A DNA stretch of 64,000 nucleotides from an uncultured Gemmatimonadaceae bacterium. GTDB taxonomy: Bacteria; Gemmatimonadota; Gemmatimonadetes; Gemmatimonadales; Gemmatimonadaceae. The number at the start of each line of letters is the position of its first letter. The first letter of the stretch is position 1. Positions 38,770 through 48,651 of the stretch are shown here, piece by piece. The notes below the pieces were generated by a model. The model made no database searches and was not told the origin of the DNA. It saw nothing but the letters and a program-made list of their open reading frames with translations. The stretch spans positions 352,001 to 416,000 of the forward strand of contig CAWBOC010000010.1 in assembly GCA_963790305.1 (NCBI GenBank). The letters run 5' to 3'. The position numbers were made by a program, and so were the translations under genes.

Positions 38770-40157
38770 GCTCGGTCGTGCGCGCCGAGCTGTCGAGCGT
38801 GTCCTACGGCGAAGTCACCGTGCTGCGCGATGTGTTTCTCGAGATTGGCCGGGGGGAGATCGTCGGCCTCACCGGGCCCGTTGGATCGGGAAAGACGACA
38901 CTCGCGCTCGCGTGCGCCGGTTTGCTCGGTCATGCCGTCGCGGCGCGGATCGAAGGGAAGATCCATCATGCGAGCCTTGCTCAGCCCCTGGCCGGGTACG
39001 TGTTCGACGATCCGCTGGCGCAGCTCACCGGGTTGGGGGGCACGGTCGAAGAGGAAGTCGCCGTTGGCCCGGAGAATCTTGCCATCCCGCGCGATGCGAT
39101 TCGCGTCCGCGTCGATCGCGCGCTCGCGGCCGCCGATGTCACCCACCTCGCGCGGCGAGTGCCCGACGAGCTCTCAGGCGGTGAGCGTCAACGTGTTGCG
39201 CTGGCATGCGCGCTGGCACTCGAGGCGCCGCTGCTCGTGCTCGACGAGCCGACCGCGCAGCTCGATCCCGAAGCGACGCAGCGGTTCGGCGAGCGCCTGC
39301 GTGCGCTCGCCGCGAACGGGACGAGCGTTCTGCTCGTCTCTCAGGACAACCACCTGCTCAGGTCGCTGGCGACGCGGGTGCTCGTGCTGGGTGACGGTGT
39401 ACCGCGCGCATCTGGAGCTCCGGCGGACGTTCTCGCGATCCCTGAGCATGCCGTCGCACCGGTGAGTACTGCTGATCGCACCGAGCCTCTCTTCGAGGCG
39501 CGCGAGGTGGTGGCTTCATACGCCGACCGTGTCGTCCTGCACGGCCTGACGCTGGACGTGCCGCGCGGCTCGACGACCGCGATTCTGGGGGACAACGGAG
39601 CGGGGAAAACGACGCTGGCCCGGGCGATCATGGGACTCGTTCCAGTTCGGCAGGGATCGATCGCCGTGGGCGACCAGCGCCTCGATTCGCTGCCCGTCCA
39701 TCAGCGGGCACGCTACGTGGGACTCGTCTTCCAGGATCCGTCGCGCCAGCTCTTCGCACGCACGGTGCTCGAGGAGGTCGCGTTCGGTCCGCGTGTGCTC
39801 GGCGCCTCGCATCGTCAGGCGCACGATCGGGCCCGGGAGGCGCTGGCCACCGTCGATCTCGCCGGGCTGGAGGCCGTCCACCCCGGCGATCTGGCGCCGC
39901 AAACGCAGCGTCTCGTCGCGATCGCGGCGGCCATGGCTTCCGGGCCCCCGGTGCTCATCCTCGATGAGCCGACGGCGGGGCAGGACGAGGCGGGAAAGCG
40001 TCGCATTGCCGCGGCCATCTCCCGTCAGCGCGAGCGTGGCTGCGCCATGGTCATCACCCATGATCTGGCCTTCGCCCGCCGGGTGTGTGACCATGCCGTC
40101 GTGCTGCGTAACGGCCGTGCCGCCTCGCGCGTCCTCCATAGTGCAGGTATCAGCTAG
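38766..40157 (+). CDS. ECF transporter ATPase with two fused ABC domains
   Basis: Walker A GPVGSGKT and GDNGAGKT; LSGGE; two LDEPT motifs. Confidence 0.9.
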   Translation: MSSVVRAELSSVSYGEVTVLRDVFLEIGRGEIVGLTGPVGSGKTTLALACAGLLGHAVAARIEGKIHHASLAQPLAGYVFDDPLAQLTGLGGTVEEEVAVGPENLAIPRDAIRVRVDRALAAADVTHLARRVPDELSGGERQRVALACALALEAPLLVLDEPTAQLDPEATQRFGERLRALAANGTSVLLVSQDNHLLRSLATRVLVLGDGVPRASGAPADVLAIPEHAVAPVSTADRTEPLFEAREVVASYADRVVLHGLTLDVPRGSTTAILGDNGAGKTTLARAIMGLVPVRQGSIAVGDQRLDSLPVHQRARYVGLVFQDPSRQLFARTVLEEVAFGPRVLGASHRQAHDRAREALATVDLAGLEAVHPGDLAPQTQRLVAIAAAMASGPPVLILDEPTAGQDEAGKRRIAAAISRQRERGCAMVITHDLAFARRVCDHAVVLRNGRAASRVLHSAGIS

Positions 40158-40210
40158 GGCGGCATCCCGCCACTGCACTCTCCGGCCGACGCAGGCCGCT
40201 TCGCCACGAC

Positions 40211-41857
40211 ATGGATCATTCGACGACCTTCGCCCGGCATTTCGCGCGACTCGTGCATCTTCTGCTGCACGAGCCGAAGAACATTGCGAACCAGAAGGCG
40301 GCCCTCCGCCTCCTCGTCGCGATGGCGAAAGAGGGCGAGGTCACGCTGGCGGTTCGCGATTGGCAGGTGGTGGCGAACGGGTCGCTCCTTCCTCCGCAAC
40401 TCGAAGGCGCAGAAGACCTTGGCGCCCAGCTCATCGGCCATGCCGTCACCGAGCTGGTCGCCGAGCAGAACGCATCGGCCGCTGACCTTCTCGGGATCGC
40501 GCGCACCCTCGCGACCGAGCCCATTCCCGGCGACGGCGGTCGCAACGTCGCCGACAAGCTCGCTGCCCTGGGCGCGAAGACGGTGCGGGTGACGCTCTCC
40601 GGCAACGCCCCGCTGCCGCGCGTCGCGACCATCTCGATGCCGACCCACGGCTCCGACGTTCCGGGTGTGGTGCAGAAGCCGGCCACGAACGGAGGCAGTC
40701 GCAACACGGGCGATGTCGCCATCGTGGCTCAGGCGCCGGCGGCGCCCATGCCGGCGGCCCCAACGTCCGCGGCGCCGACGCATCGTCCCTCGGTCGAGAT
40801 GGGCGTCATGCGCGGGATCACCGACAGCTACCTCTCACAGTTCGCTGCGCCCGACACGTCCCGCGGCTCCATCTCGACCGGGTTCACACAACTCGACGCG
40901 ACGACGAGCGTGAACGACACCACGAAGCTGCTCGATGGCGTGGCCGGTGCTGCCGAGGCAGCATTTCGCGAGGGTGATTCGGAGACACTCGCGGTCGCGC
41001 TCGCGGGCATCGTCAAGCGCGAGACCGCCGCCGCCGACCCCAACCTGCGACGGGCGTACGGGATGGCGGTGCGCCGTCTCGCCAAGAAGCCGATGCTGGC
41101 CGTGGTCGCGCCGCTTCTCGCCTCGCAACGCGAGATGTACGAGGAGCTTCTCGCGATCTTCGCGCGTACCGCGGACAATGGCGCTGAAGCGCTGATCGAG
41201 CAGCTCAACGCGGCGCAATCGCTCGCCGAGCGTCGTGTGTACTTCGATTCGCTTCGCAAGCTGAACGCTGGCGTTCAGGTGCTCATTCACATGCTCGGCG
41301 ACTCGCGGTGGTACGTCGTGCGCAACGCGGCCGATCTGCTGGGTGAGATGTCGGTCAATGACGCTGAGCCGAAGCTCTCGGAGCTACTCCAGCACGAGGA
41401 CGATCGCGTCCGAAAGGCGGCGGTTTCGGCGCTCTCGAAGATGACGGGTGCGGGCGCGGTGAAGGGCCTCGCCGCATCGCTCGAGGATGGAGCGCCGGGT
41501 GTGCGAGTGCGAGCCGCGGCCGCGCTCGGTGCCTCGAAGACGCCCGCGGCGGCGAACGCGCTGATCAAGCACCTCGAGCGTGAAGAGATCGCCGAGGTAC
41601 AGCACGCGTGCCTCTCGTCGTTAGGAAAGATCGCGACCGGGGATGCGATCCGTTTTCTGACGAAGGCCGCCCAGCCCGCGACCGGGCTCTTCAAGAAGAA
41701 GGCGACCGCCTTCCGTGTCGCCGCGGTGCGGGCGTTAGGCGAGGCGCGCACCCCCGCCGCGATGGGCGCCCTCCAGAATCTCCTGCACGACAAGGAGAAG
41801 GACGTGCGAGAGGCGGTGTTCTGGGCGGTCCGGGCTGGGAAGGGAGAGACCGAATAG
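40211..41857 (+). CDS. HEAT repeat domain protein
   Basis: Repeats such as DSRWYVVRNAADLLG, EDDRVRKAAVSAL, VRVRAAAALG. Confidence 0.85.
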   Translation: MDHSTTFARHFARLVHLLLHEPKNIANQKAALRLLVAMAKEGEVTLAVRDWQVVANGSLLPPQLEGAEDLGAQLIGHAVTELVAEQNASAADLLGIARTLATEPIPGDGGRNVADKLAALGAKTVRVTLSGNAPLPRVATISMPTHGSDVPGVVQKPATNGGSRNTGDVAIVAQAPAAPMPAAPTSAAPTHRPSVEMGVMRGITDSYLSQFAAPDTSRGSISTGFTQLDATTSVNDTTKLLDGVAGAAEAAFREGDSETLAVALAGIVKRETAAADPNLRRAYGMAVRRLAKKPMLAVVAPLLASQREMYEELLAIFARTADNGAEALIEQLNAAQSLAERRVYFDSLRKLNAGVQVLIHMLGDSRWYVVRNAADLLGEMSVNDAEPKLSELLQHEDDRVRKAAVSALSKMTGAGAVKGLAASLEDGAPGVRVRAAAALGASKTPAAANALIKHLEREEIAEVQHACLSSLGKIATGDAIRFLTKAAQPATGLFKKKATAFRVAAVRALGEARTPAAMGALQNLLHDKEKDVREAVFWAVRAGKGETE

Positions 41858-41911
41858 AATGCGGAATGCGGAATTCGGATCATGACTTTCCGCATTCCGC
41901 CTTCCGTATTC
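41857..41911. repeat. Family B inverted heptamer-repeat hairpin
   Basis: gaatgcggaatgcggaattcgga ... ttccgcattccgccttccgtattc, between convergent genes. Confidence 0.8.
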
Positions 41912-41916
41912 CGACT

Positions 41917-42988
41917 TCACCTCGCCGTAAAGTCAGTCTTCTCTCCGATCTCTCGACAGACTTCAGCAATCAACTCCGCCGTCCGCTCGACATCCTCCAG
42001 CGAGACCATCTCCGTTGGGGGAGTGCATGTAGCGGTTCGGGATCGATACCAGCGCCGTCGCCACGCCTTCGCGCGCGATGTGGATCGCGTCGGCGTTCGT
42101 GCTCGTGTCGCGGCCGGCGGCGTTGACCGTGAACGGGATCTTCTTCTTCTCGGCGGCCTTGCGCAGGAGATTGAAGACGACGGGGTTGATCAGTGCGCCC
42201 CGCGTGAGGACGGGGCCGGAGCCGAGCTTGTGGTCGCCGAGCTCCTTCTTCTCCATGCCCGGCGAATCGCTGGCGTGAGTCACGTCAATGACGATGGCCA
42301 CCTTCGGATTGAGGCAGGCAGCGCAGATTAGCGCGCCGCCCCCGTGCCATGCGATCTCCTCCTGCGTCGTAGCGACGGCGACGACGCGGGCCTTCCCCGG
42401 ATTCTTCGCGTAGCGGCGAAGCGCTTCGAGCGCCGTGAACGCGCCGATGCGGTCGTCGATGGAGCGTGACACCAGTCGCTTGTTCGGGAAGTCCATCGCG
42501 CGCGAATCGATGACGCCCGGATCCCCGACCTGAAGGCGCTCTTCCGCCTCTGACTTGTTGGCCGCCCCGATGTCGACCCACAGATCGGACATCTTCGAGG
42601 CCTTCTCCCGGTCATCGTTTTTCATCAGGTGGATCGGCTTCTTTCCGATGACGCCGAACACGTCGCCGTCCCGACCGAGGAACCGGATGCGCTGGCCGAC
42701 GAGCACCTGGGGGTCCCAGCCTCCGATCGGCCCCACGTGGGCGAAGCCCTCATCGTCGATGTACTGTACGATCAGCCCGATCTCGTCGATGTGGCCGTCG
42801 AGCATGATCGTCGGCGAGCCCTTCGGATTGATCTCGGCGAGGCTGTTGCCGGCGACGTCGCCGCGAACGTCGGTGGCGAACGTCTTCGCTTCTTCGCGCC
42901 AAACCCGCGCGGGAATGGACTCGAACCCCGATGGACCGGGTGAATCGAGCAGACGCTTGAGGAAAGTGAGTGAGGACTCTGGGAGCAT
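41917..42988 (-). CDS. M42 family metallopeptidase (apparent +1 indel near 42012)
   Basis: GHIDEIG, IGGWDP, DDRIG, QEE, DVTH, RYMHSP; correction gives NEMVSLEDVERTAELIA...FTAR*. Confidence 0.93.
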
Positions 42989-43090
42989 GGATGTGAGTAG
43001 CGGGCCGCTCTTGATGCAGCCGCCGGCTCCCTACGTCAAGAGCACGGCGGGGGGACTATGCCATTGCATAATCCCCCCACCGTCAACGCT

Positions 43091-43303
43091 TTACAGGGAC
43101 TCGTCGAGCTCTTCGACCTCTCCCTGCGCCTTGCCCAGGTTCTTCTGGGCCTTGCCCTTGAGCTCGTCCTTCTTGCCCTTGAACTGTTCGCTCTTGTCGT
43201 CGGTAATGTCGCCGAACTTTCCGCGAACCTTGCCGCCGACTTCCTTGAGACCGCCCTCGATCTCGTTCTGTGCACCGCTCTTGCGAGTCGTGTCGTCAGC
43301 CAT
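43091..43303 (-). CDS. csbD: CsbD family stress protein
   Basis: IEGGLKEVGGKVRGKFGDITDD...KGKKDELKGKAQKNLG; RBS caggagga. Confidence 0.88.
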   Translation of the reverse strand: MADDTTRKSGAQNEIEGGLKEVGGKVRGKFGDITDDKSEQFKGKKDELKGKAQKNLGKAQGEVEELDESL

Positions 43304-43350
43304 GATTTCCTCCTGATTCGGTGAAGCCATTGGGAACCGCTGACAGAGCA

Positions 43351-45392
43351 ATGGATGTGCCCGAAGAGCGTGCGACGCCGCGTGCCACGACGGTCGATTT
43401 AGCGCGATTGGCCGTCGATGAAATGATCGAGCACGGGTTCGAGCCCGAGTACCCGCCGGAAGCGCATCGTGAAATCAAGCAACTGGAGCGACATGCGACG
43501 CCGACGATGGAGGACGGCCGGCGCGACCTGCGCGCCGTCCTCTGGTCGTCCGTCGACAACCGAACCTCGCGCGATCTCGATCAGGTCGAGGTAGCCGAGC
43601 GGCTCCCCGATGGCTCGATTCGGCTGATGATCGGCATCGCTGATGTCGATGCGCTGGTCGAGCGGGGAACGGCAACCGACGAGCATGCGGCGACGAACAC
43701 CACGTCGGTCTACACTGGCGTGCGCGTCTTTCACATGTTGCCGACGCAGCTGTCGACGGACCTCACGTCGCTCAACGAAGGCGAGGACCGCAGCGCGATC
43801 GTCATCGAGATGCGGATCGCGCCCGACGGAACGACCGCGTCGGCGGATGCCTATCGAGCGGTCGTGCGCAACCACGCGAAGCTGGACTACGAGAGCGTGG
43901 GAGCGTGGTTGGAGGGTGACGGTCCCGCGCCGCCGGCGCTTGCCACGAATGCCGCGCTCACGGCACAGCTCGAGCTGCAGCACGAGTGTGCAATTCGCCT
44001 GCGGACCCTGCGGCGCTCGACGGGGGCGATCAACATTCGAATCGTCGGAGCCGCAGGCCGTCGTTGTCGGAGGACGCGTCGTCGATCTCGCGGTGGCGCG
44101 GCGCAATCTCGCCCGTGATCTCATCGAGGACTTCATGATCGCGGCGAATCGCGCGGCGGCGATGATTCTCCTCGAGCGGGGCTCGATGTCGATCCGTCGC
44201 GTGGTGCGCGAACCACTGCGCTGGGACCGACTGGTGCAGCTCGCCGGCGATCTGGGCGAGACGCTTCCCGAGGCGCCCGACAGCGGGGCACTGGGGATGT
44301 TTCTCGCGCGGCGCCGCGCGGCGGACCCCGCCCATTTTGCCGATCTCTCACTCACCGTCGTGAAGCTCCTCGGTCCCGGAGAGTACGTGCTCGAGCGACG
44401 GCTCGGAGATCGCCGCGAGAGCGGCCATTTCGGGCTCGGCGTCGCGGACTACGTCCATTCGACGGCGCCGAATCGGCGATTCGTCGATCTGGTGACGCAG
44501 CGGCTGCTCAAGGCCACCGAGCAGCGCGCCAACATGCCGTATGCAGAAGCAGAGCTGCACGACATCGCGCGGCGGTGCACGGAGCGCGAGCGTGAGGCGA
44601 AGAAGGTCGAGCGCGCGATGCGGAAGCGCATCGCGGCGCATTTCATCCGCGACCGCGTCGGCGAGTCCTTCGTCGCGACCATCACCGGAAAAACGTCCGG
44701 TGGAATGTGGGTGCGTCTGCTGTCGCCCCCGATCGAGGGCCGCCTCATCCGGGGCGGTGAAGGCGCGGACGTGGGCGACACGATCCGCGTGCGCCTCGCG
44801 CGGGTCGATGTGCGGCGCGGCTTCATCGATTTCGATCCGGAGACGACGGCGGCCGAGCTGCCCCGCAAGATCGAGCGCCAGCGTCGCAAGCGACACGCGG
44901 CCGACGCGCTGCGCAACCGGTTGGGCGAGCGCTTCGAGGGCATCATCTCGGGCGTATCGGACCATGGCGTTTGGGTGCGGCTCGACGAGAAGCTCCCCGA
45001 CGGCACGCCCATTCGAAGGCAAGGTCGTCGCCGGCTACAAGGCGCTCACGGAGGCGAGCGGCACGCGCCTGTCCGTCACGCTCGTCGGCGTCAACACGGC
45101 GCTCGGATTCATCGACTTCGAGTACACCGAGGGCGTGGAATCGAGAAAGCGCGAGCGACTGGAGCGAAAGCGTGAAGCGGCGCGACGGCTGGTTGCGCGG
45201 ATTGGAGAACGATTCGAGGCCGAGGTCACGGGAGTGACATCGAAGGCGGTCTGGGTGAGGACCGCGGGAGAGGAGCGGATCGAGGGGCGGCTGGTCCGGG
45301 GCCTTCAGGGGCTTCAGACCGGGGACCGGGCTTCGGTGACGCTGCTCGCGGCCGATGTGGAGAAGGGGTTCATCGATTTTGCGCGAGAATAG
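43351..45392 (+). CDS. RNB (RNase II/R) domain ribonuclease with three C-terminal S1-like modules (two apparent +1 indels)
   Basis: SVDNRTSRDLDQ, IGIADV, IEDFMIAAN, HFGLG...YVHSTAPNRRFVDL; indels at 44036 and 45012. Confidence 0.88.
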
Positions 45393-45420
45393 AGTTTGAG
45401 GCGCAGGGGCCAACTGCACT

Positions 45421-45509
45421 AACCACAGAGGCACGGAGGGCACAGAGGAACGGCGAACTGCTGCTGCAGCAGTTCGCCGTTCCTCTGTGCCCTCCGTGCC
45501 TCTGTGGTT
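45421..45509. repeat. Family D perfect 44-bp-arm palindrome, with imperfect extension to about 45392-45542
   Basis: aaccacagaggcacggagggcacagaggaacggcgaactgctgc-t-exact reverse complement; between convergent genes. Confidence 0.97.
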
Positions 45510-45531
45510 GATGCAGTTTCGGCCCCCGCGC

Positions 45532-46438
45532 CTAAGGGACTCGCCTTGCGCGATCGAATGCCGGCGTCCCGAATATCGGTGCATGCATCACCTTCGCCAG
45601 CGTCTCGACCCCATCGATGACCCTCGGCCCCGGACGGCTCGCCAGCGCGTTCGCGTCGATCGCCCAGACTTCCAGGTCTCGCGCCCAACTCCAGGCATCG
45701 CGCGGAAAGAACCGAAGCTCGCCTCACGAGTCGCGCGCTCGAGCCCGTACCCGCACGGAGCGAACACCAGTACCTCCGGGGCCCGAGCCTCGACGGCGGC
45801 GACCTCGACGGCCCGCGAATGCTCCCCCGGCTTGGCAAGCACGTCGATCCCGCCGGCGCGGTGGACCATTCTCAGGGACCCAGTGACCGGCCGTGTACAC
45901 CGGATCGGTCCATTCGAGCACCGCCGTCCGCGGGCGCGGGGCTCGCGCGGCGCTCAGACGGTCATGCACAGACCGAAGTCGCGCGCGAAGTCCGAGGACG
46001 AGCTCCTCCGCCTCGTCAGGCGCATCGATCGCGGCGCCGACCCGCTGGATGTCCGCGAAGATCCCATCGATCGATGTTCCGGCGAGGGTTACGATGGATG
46101 GCGCGGGGGACATACGCCCGGCAATCGCGCGCACGTCCGTCTCGCGCACGGCGCACACGTCGCACAGCGCCTGCGTGACGATCACGTCGGGGCGCAGCGA
46201 GGCCAGCCGCGCCTCGTTCACCGTATACAGCGGCGCGCCGCGCTGCGCTGCCTCACGGACGTCACGATCGATGGCCTCGGGGGAGGCCGCGGAATCGACG
46301 TGAGTGCTCGTCAGGCGGGGGAGACGGGTGACCTGCGGCGGATAGTCGCAGGCGTGCGTGACGCCGACGAGTTGATCCGAGCGCCCCGAGCGCGGCGACG
46401 ATTTCCGTCGCCGACGGAAGGAGCGAGACGATCCGCAC
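45532..46438 (-). CDS. Cobalamin/Fe-siderophore-type ABC substrate-binding protein (several apparent indels)
   Basis: MRIVSLLPSATEIVAALG, VGVTHACDYP, PDVIVTQALCDVCAV, EWTDP..AGHWVPE, PCGY, RPGPRVIDGVE spread over shifted frames. Confidence 0.8.
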
Positions 46439-46439
46439 C

Positions 46440-46835
46440 CTACTCGCGCGTCAGCGGGAACAGAATGAAGGTGGCGAGCATGAAGCACATGCCGGCGACG
46501 TACCACCGCGAGTCGCCGTGGAGATACCACACCACGCCCCCGAACAGCGCCAGCGTCTCCGCGGCAGCCCAGGAAGTGATCAGAAGCATGGTGCGCCGGG
46601 TTGGGTCCGTCGCCTTGCCGAACAGCCCGCGCAGGAACGCGAGCACGACCAGGACGCTCACCCACAGCGCGTAGCCGACGAAGCGCAGCGGGCCCATGTC
46701 CATCGCCATCGGCGGTGGCGTTTCGCGGCGCAGCCACCAGGTCACGATTCCGAACAGTAGCGCCCCGCCGAAAATCGACAGGCGGATGAGATGCAGCGTC
46801 CGGAGCGACGCGGTCGGCCGGTTCGGCGCGGTCAT
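46440..46835 (-). CDS. Hypothetical membrane protein (about 4 TM)
   Basis: 131-aa hydrophobic ORF; ATGA overlap with the upstream gene. Confidence 0.75.
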   Translation of the reverse strand: MTAPNRPTASLRTLHLIRLSIFGGALLFGIVTWWLRRETPPPMAMDMGPLRFVGYALWVSVLVVLAFLRGLFGKATDPTRRTMLLITSWAAAETLALFGGVVWYLHGDSRWYVAGMCFMLATFILFPLTRE

Positions 46836-48544
46836 GGCTCGCCTAACCCGGCGCGAGTGGCGGCAGGCGTCGTGGATCGCTCGTAGACCGGCCGCCCGCC
46901 CAGATAGGTTGCGAGCACGCGCGTGGCGAGGATGCGCTCTGGAGCGACACTCATGATGTCCTGATCGAGTACCACGAAGTCAGCGAGCTTGCCAGGTGCC
47001 AGCGAGCCGAGCTCCGCTTCCTGAAAGGCCGCAATCGCCGGCCAAAGCGTCATCGACTTGAGCGCCTCGTCGCGCGTCATCTTCTGCTCGGCGAACCACC
47101 CTCCGGTCGGCCAGTTGTTCTCATCCTGCCGCGATACCGAGGCGTGGAACGAGATGAGTGGATTCACCTGCTCCACCGGAAAATCGCTTCCATTGGGAAT
47201 GATCACGCCCGACTGAAGCAGTGCTCGCCATGCGTAGGCACCAAGAAGCCGTGTGGGGCCGAGTCGATTCCCAGCCCAGTACATATCGCTCGTTTGATGG
47301 CTTGCCTGCATCGAGGGGATCACATCGAGCTCCGCGAAGCGCGGGATGTCCGCATAGTGCAGAATCTGTGCGTGCTCGATGCGGAATCGGTGGTCCGCGG
47401 CGGGGACGGTGCCTAACGCCGCCTCGAAGGCATCGAGCACCGTACGATTGGCCCGGTCCCCGATCGCGTGCACGTTGAGCTGAAAGCCCGATCGCAGCGC
47501 ACGCACCGCTACCTGCTCGATGCGCTCGCGCGGGGTCGTGATGAGCCCGGAATGCTCCGGTGAATCGCTGTACGGCTCGAGCAGCGCGGCACCGCGAGAC
47601 CCGAGCGCCCCGTCAGCGCTGATCTTGATCGCGCGGATCCACACCCGTCCATCGTGCAGCGCGCTTTGCGGCCCGCGCTTGAAGTAGTGATCGAGCGTCG
47701 CGTCATCGCTCGCGATCATGACGTAGTTGCGCAGATCGTACCGTCCCTCGCGCGCAAGCTCTTCGTAGACATCGATCGTCGACCGGCCGACGCCGGCGTC
47801 GTGGATTCCCGTCAGCCCCCAGCGATTGGCCTCCTTCACCGCCGCGAGAACCGCCGCCCGCACCTCGTCGCGCGCGGCAGGCGGTATCGAACGCTGCACG
47901 AGCCCCATGGCGCGATCGACGAGGACGCCCGAGGGCGCACCGTTCGCGAGGCGCTCGATTCGCCCGCCCTCCGGGTTGGTCGCCGCCGCGGTGAGATTCG
48001 CCGCTGTCATCGCCCGCGCGTTCACCAGCGCCGCGTGACCATCCACGCGCGTCAGATAGACGGGATGCTCCGGAACGGCGCGCGAGAGCGCCTCGTGCGA
48101 CGGAAAGCGCGTGTCCCCCCAATCGTTCTGGTCCCAGCCCCGCCCGAGGATCCAGGTGCCGGCGGGGACGTCACGGGCGCGAGCGGCGACGCGGGCGACC
48201 ACCTCGTCGTACGATTTCGTGCCGGTGAGGTCGACCGTCCGCAACGCCATGCCCAGGCCGAGGAGATGCGCGTGCGCGTCGACCATGCCGGGGATGATGG
48301 TGCGCCCCTCGAGATCGATCACGCGCGTCCGCGGACCCCGCAATGCCAGCGCGCCGCGATCGGACCCGACGAACCGCACGCGTCCCCCGCCGATCGCCAT
48401 CGCTTCGCCGAATGGTCGGCGCTCGTCAACCGTGTAGATGCGCGCATTGGTGACGATGAGCTCGGCGGGTTGCTGCTGCGCCGGGAGCACCGCCGGCAGG
48501 GTGACGAAGAGCGCGACGCGCAACGCGGTCTGATGTAGTGTCAT
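46832..48544 (-). CDS. Amidohydrolase 3 family (YtcJ-like), secreted
   Basis: PGMVDAHAH, RVDGHAA, KISADGALGSRGA, HAIGDRAN, RIEHAQ, GSDFPVE. Confidence 0.93.
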   Translation of the reverse strand: MTLHQTALRVALFVTLPAVLPAQQQPAELIVTNARIYTVDERRPFGEAMAIGGGRVRFVGSDRGALALRGPRTRVIDLEGRTIIPGMVDAHAHLLGLGMALRTVDLTGTKSYDEVVARVAARARDVPAGTWILGRGWDQNDWGDTRFPSHEALSRAVPEHPVYLTRVDGHAALVNARAMTAANLTAAATNPEGGRIERLANGAPSGVLVDRAMGLVQRSIPPAARDEVRAAVLAAVKEANRWGLTGIHDAGVGRSTIDVYEELAREGRYDLRNYVMIASDDATLDHYFKRGPQSALHDGRVWIRAIKISADGALGSRGAALLEPYSDSPEHSGLITTPRERIEQVAVRALRSGFQLNVHAIGDRANRTVLDAFEAALGTVPAADHRFRIEHAQILHYADIPRFAELDVIPSMQASHQTSDMYWAGNRLGPTRLLGAYAWRALLQSGVIIPNGSDFPVEQVNPLISFHASVSRQDENNWPTGGWFAEQKMTRDEALKSMTLWPAIAAFQEAELGSLAPGKLADFVVLDQDIMSVAPERILATRVLATYLGGRPVYERSTTPAATRAGLGEP

Positions 48545-48651
48545 GAGAGAACGCGAACGGAATCCTTACGAGTGGGCTGGCGGCGAGCTCTGGCCGGCAA
48601 TGAGTGGCGCCGATACTATCGCCCCCACGTCCCCCACTCGCAACCCGCTAA

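Noticed and set aside
44030..45020. Programmed frameshifting in the RNB gene (both shifts at ATTCGAA)
   Set aside because: No recognised slippery heptamer; simple base duplications like those in other genes here. The shared context more likely reflects a systematic read error.
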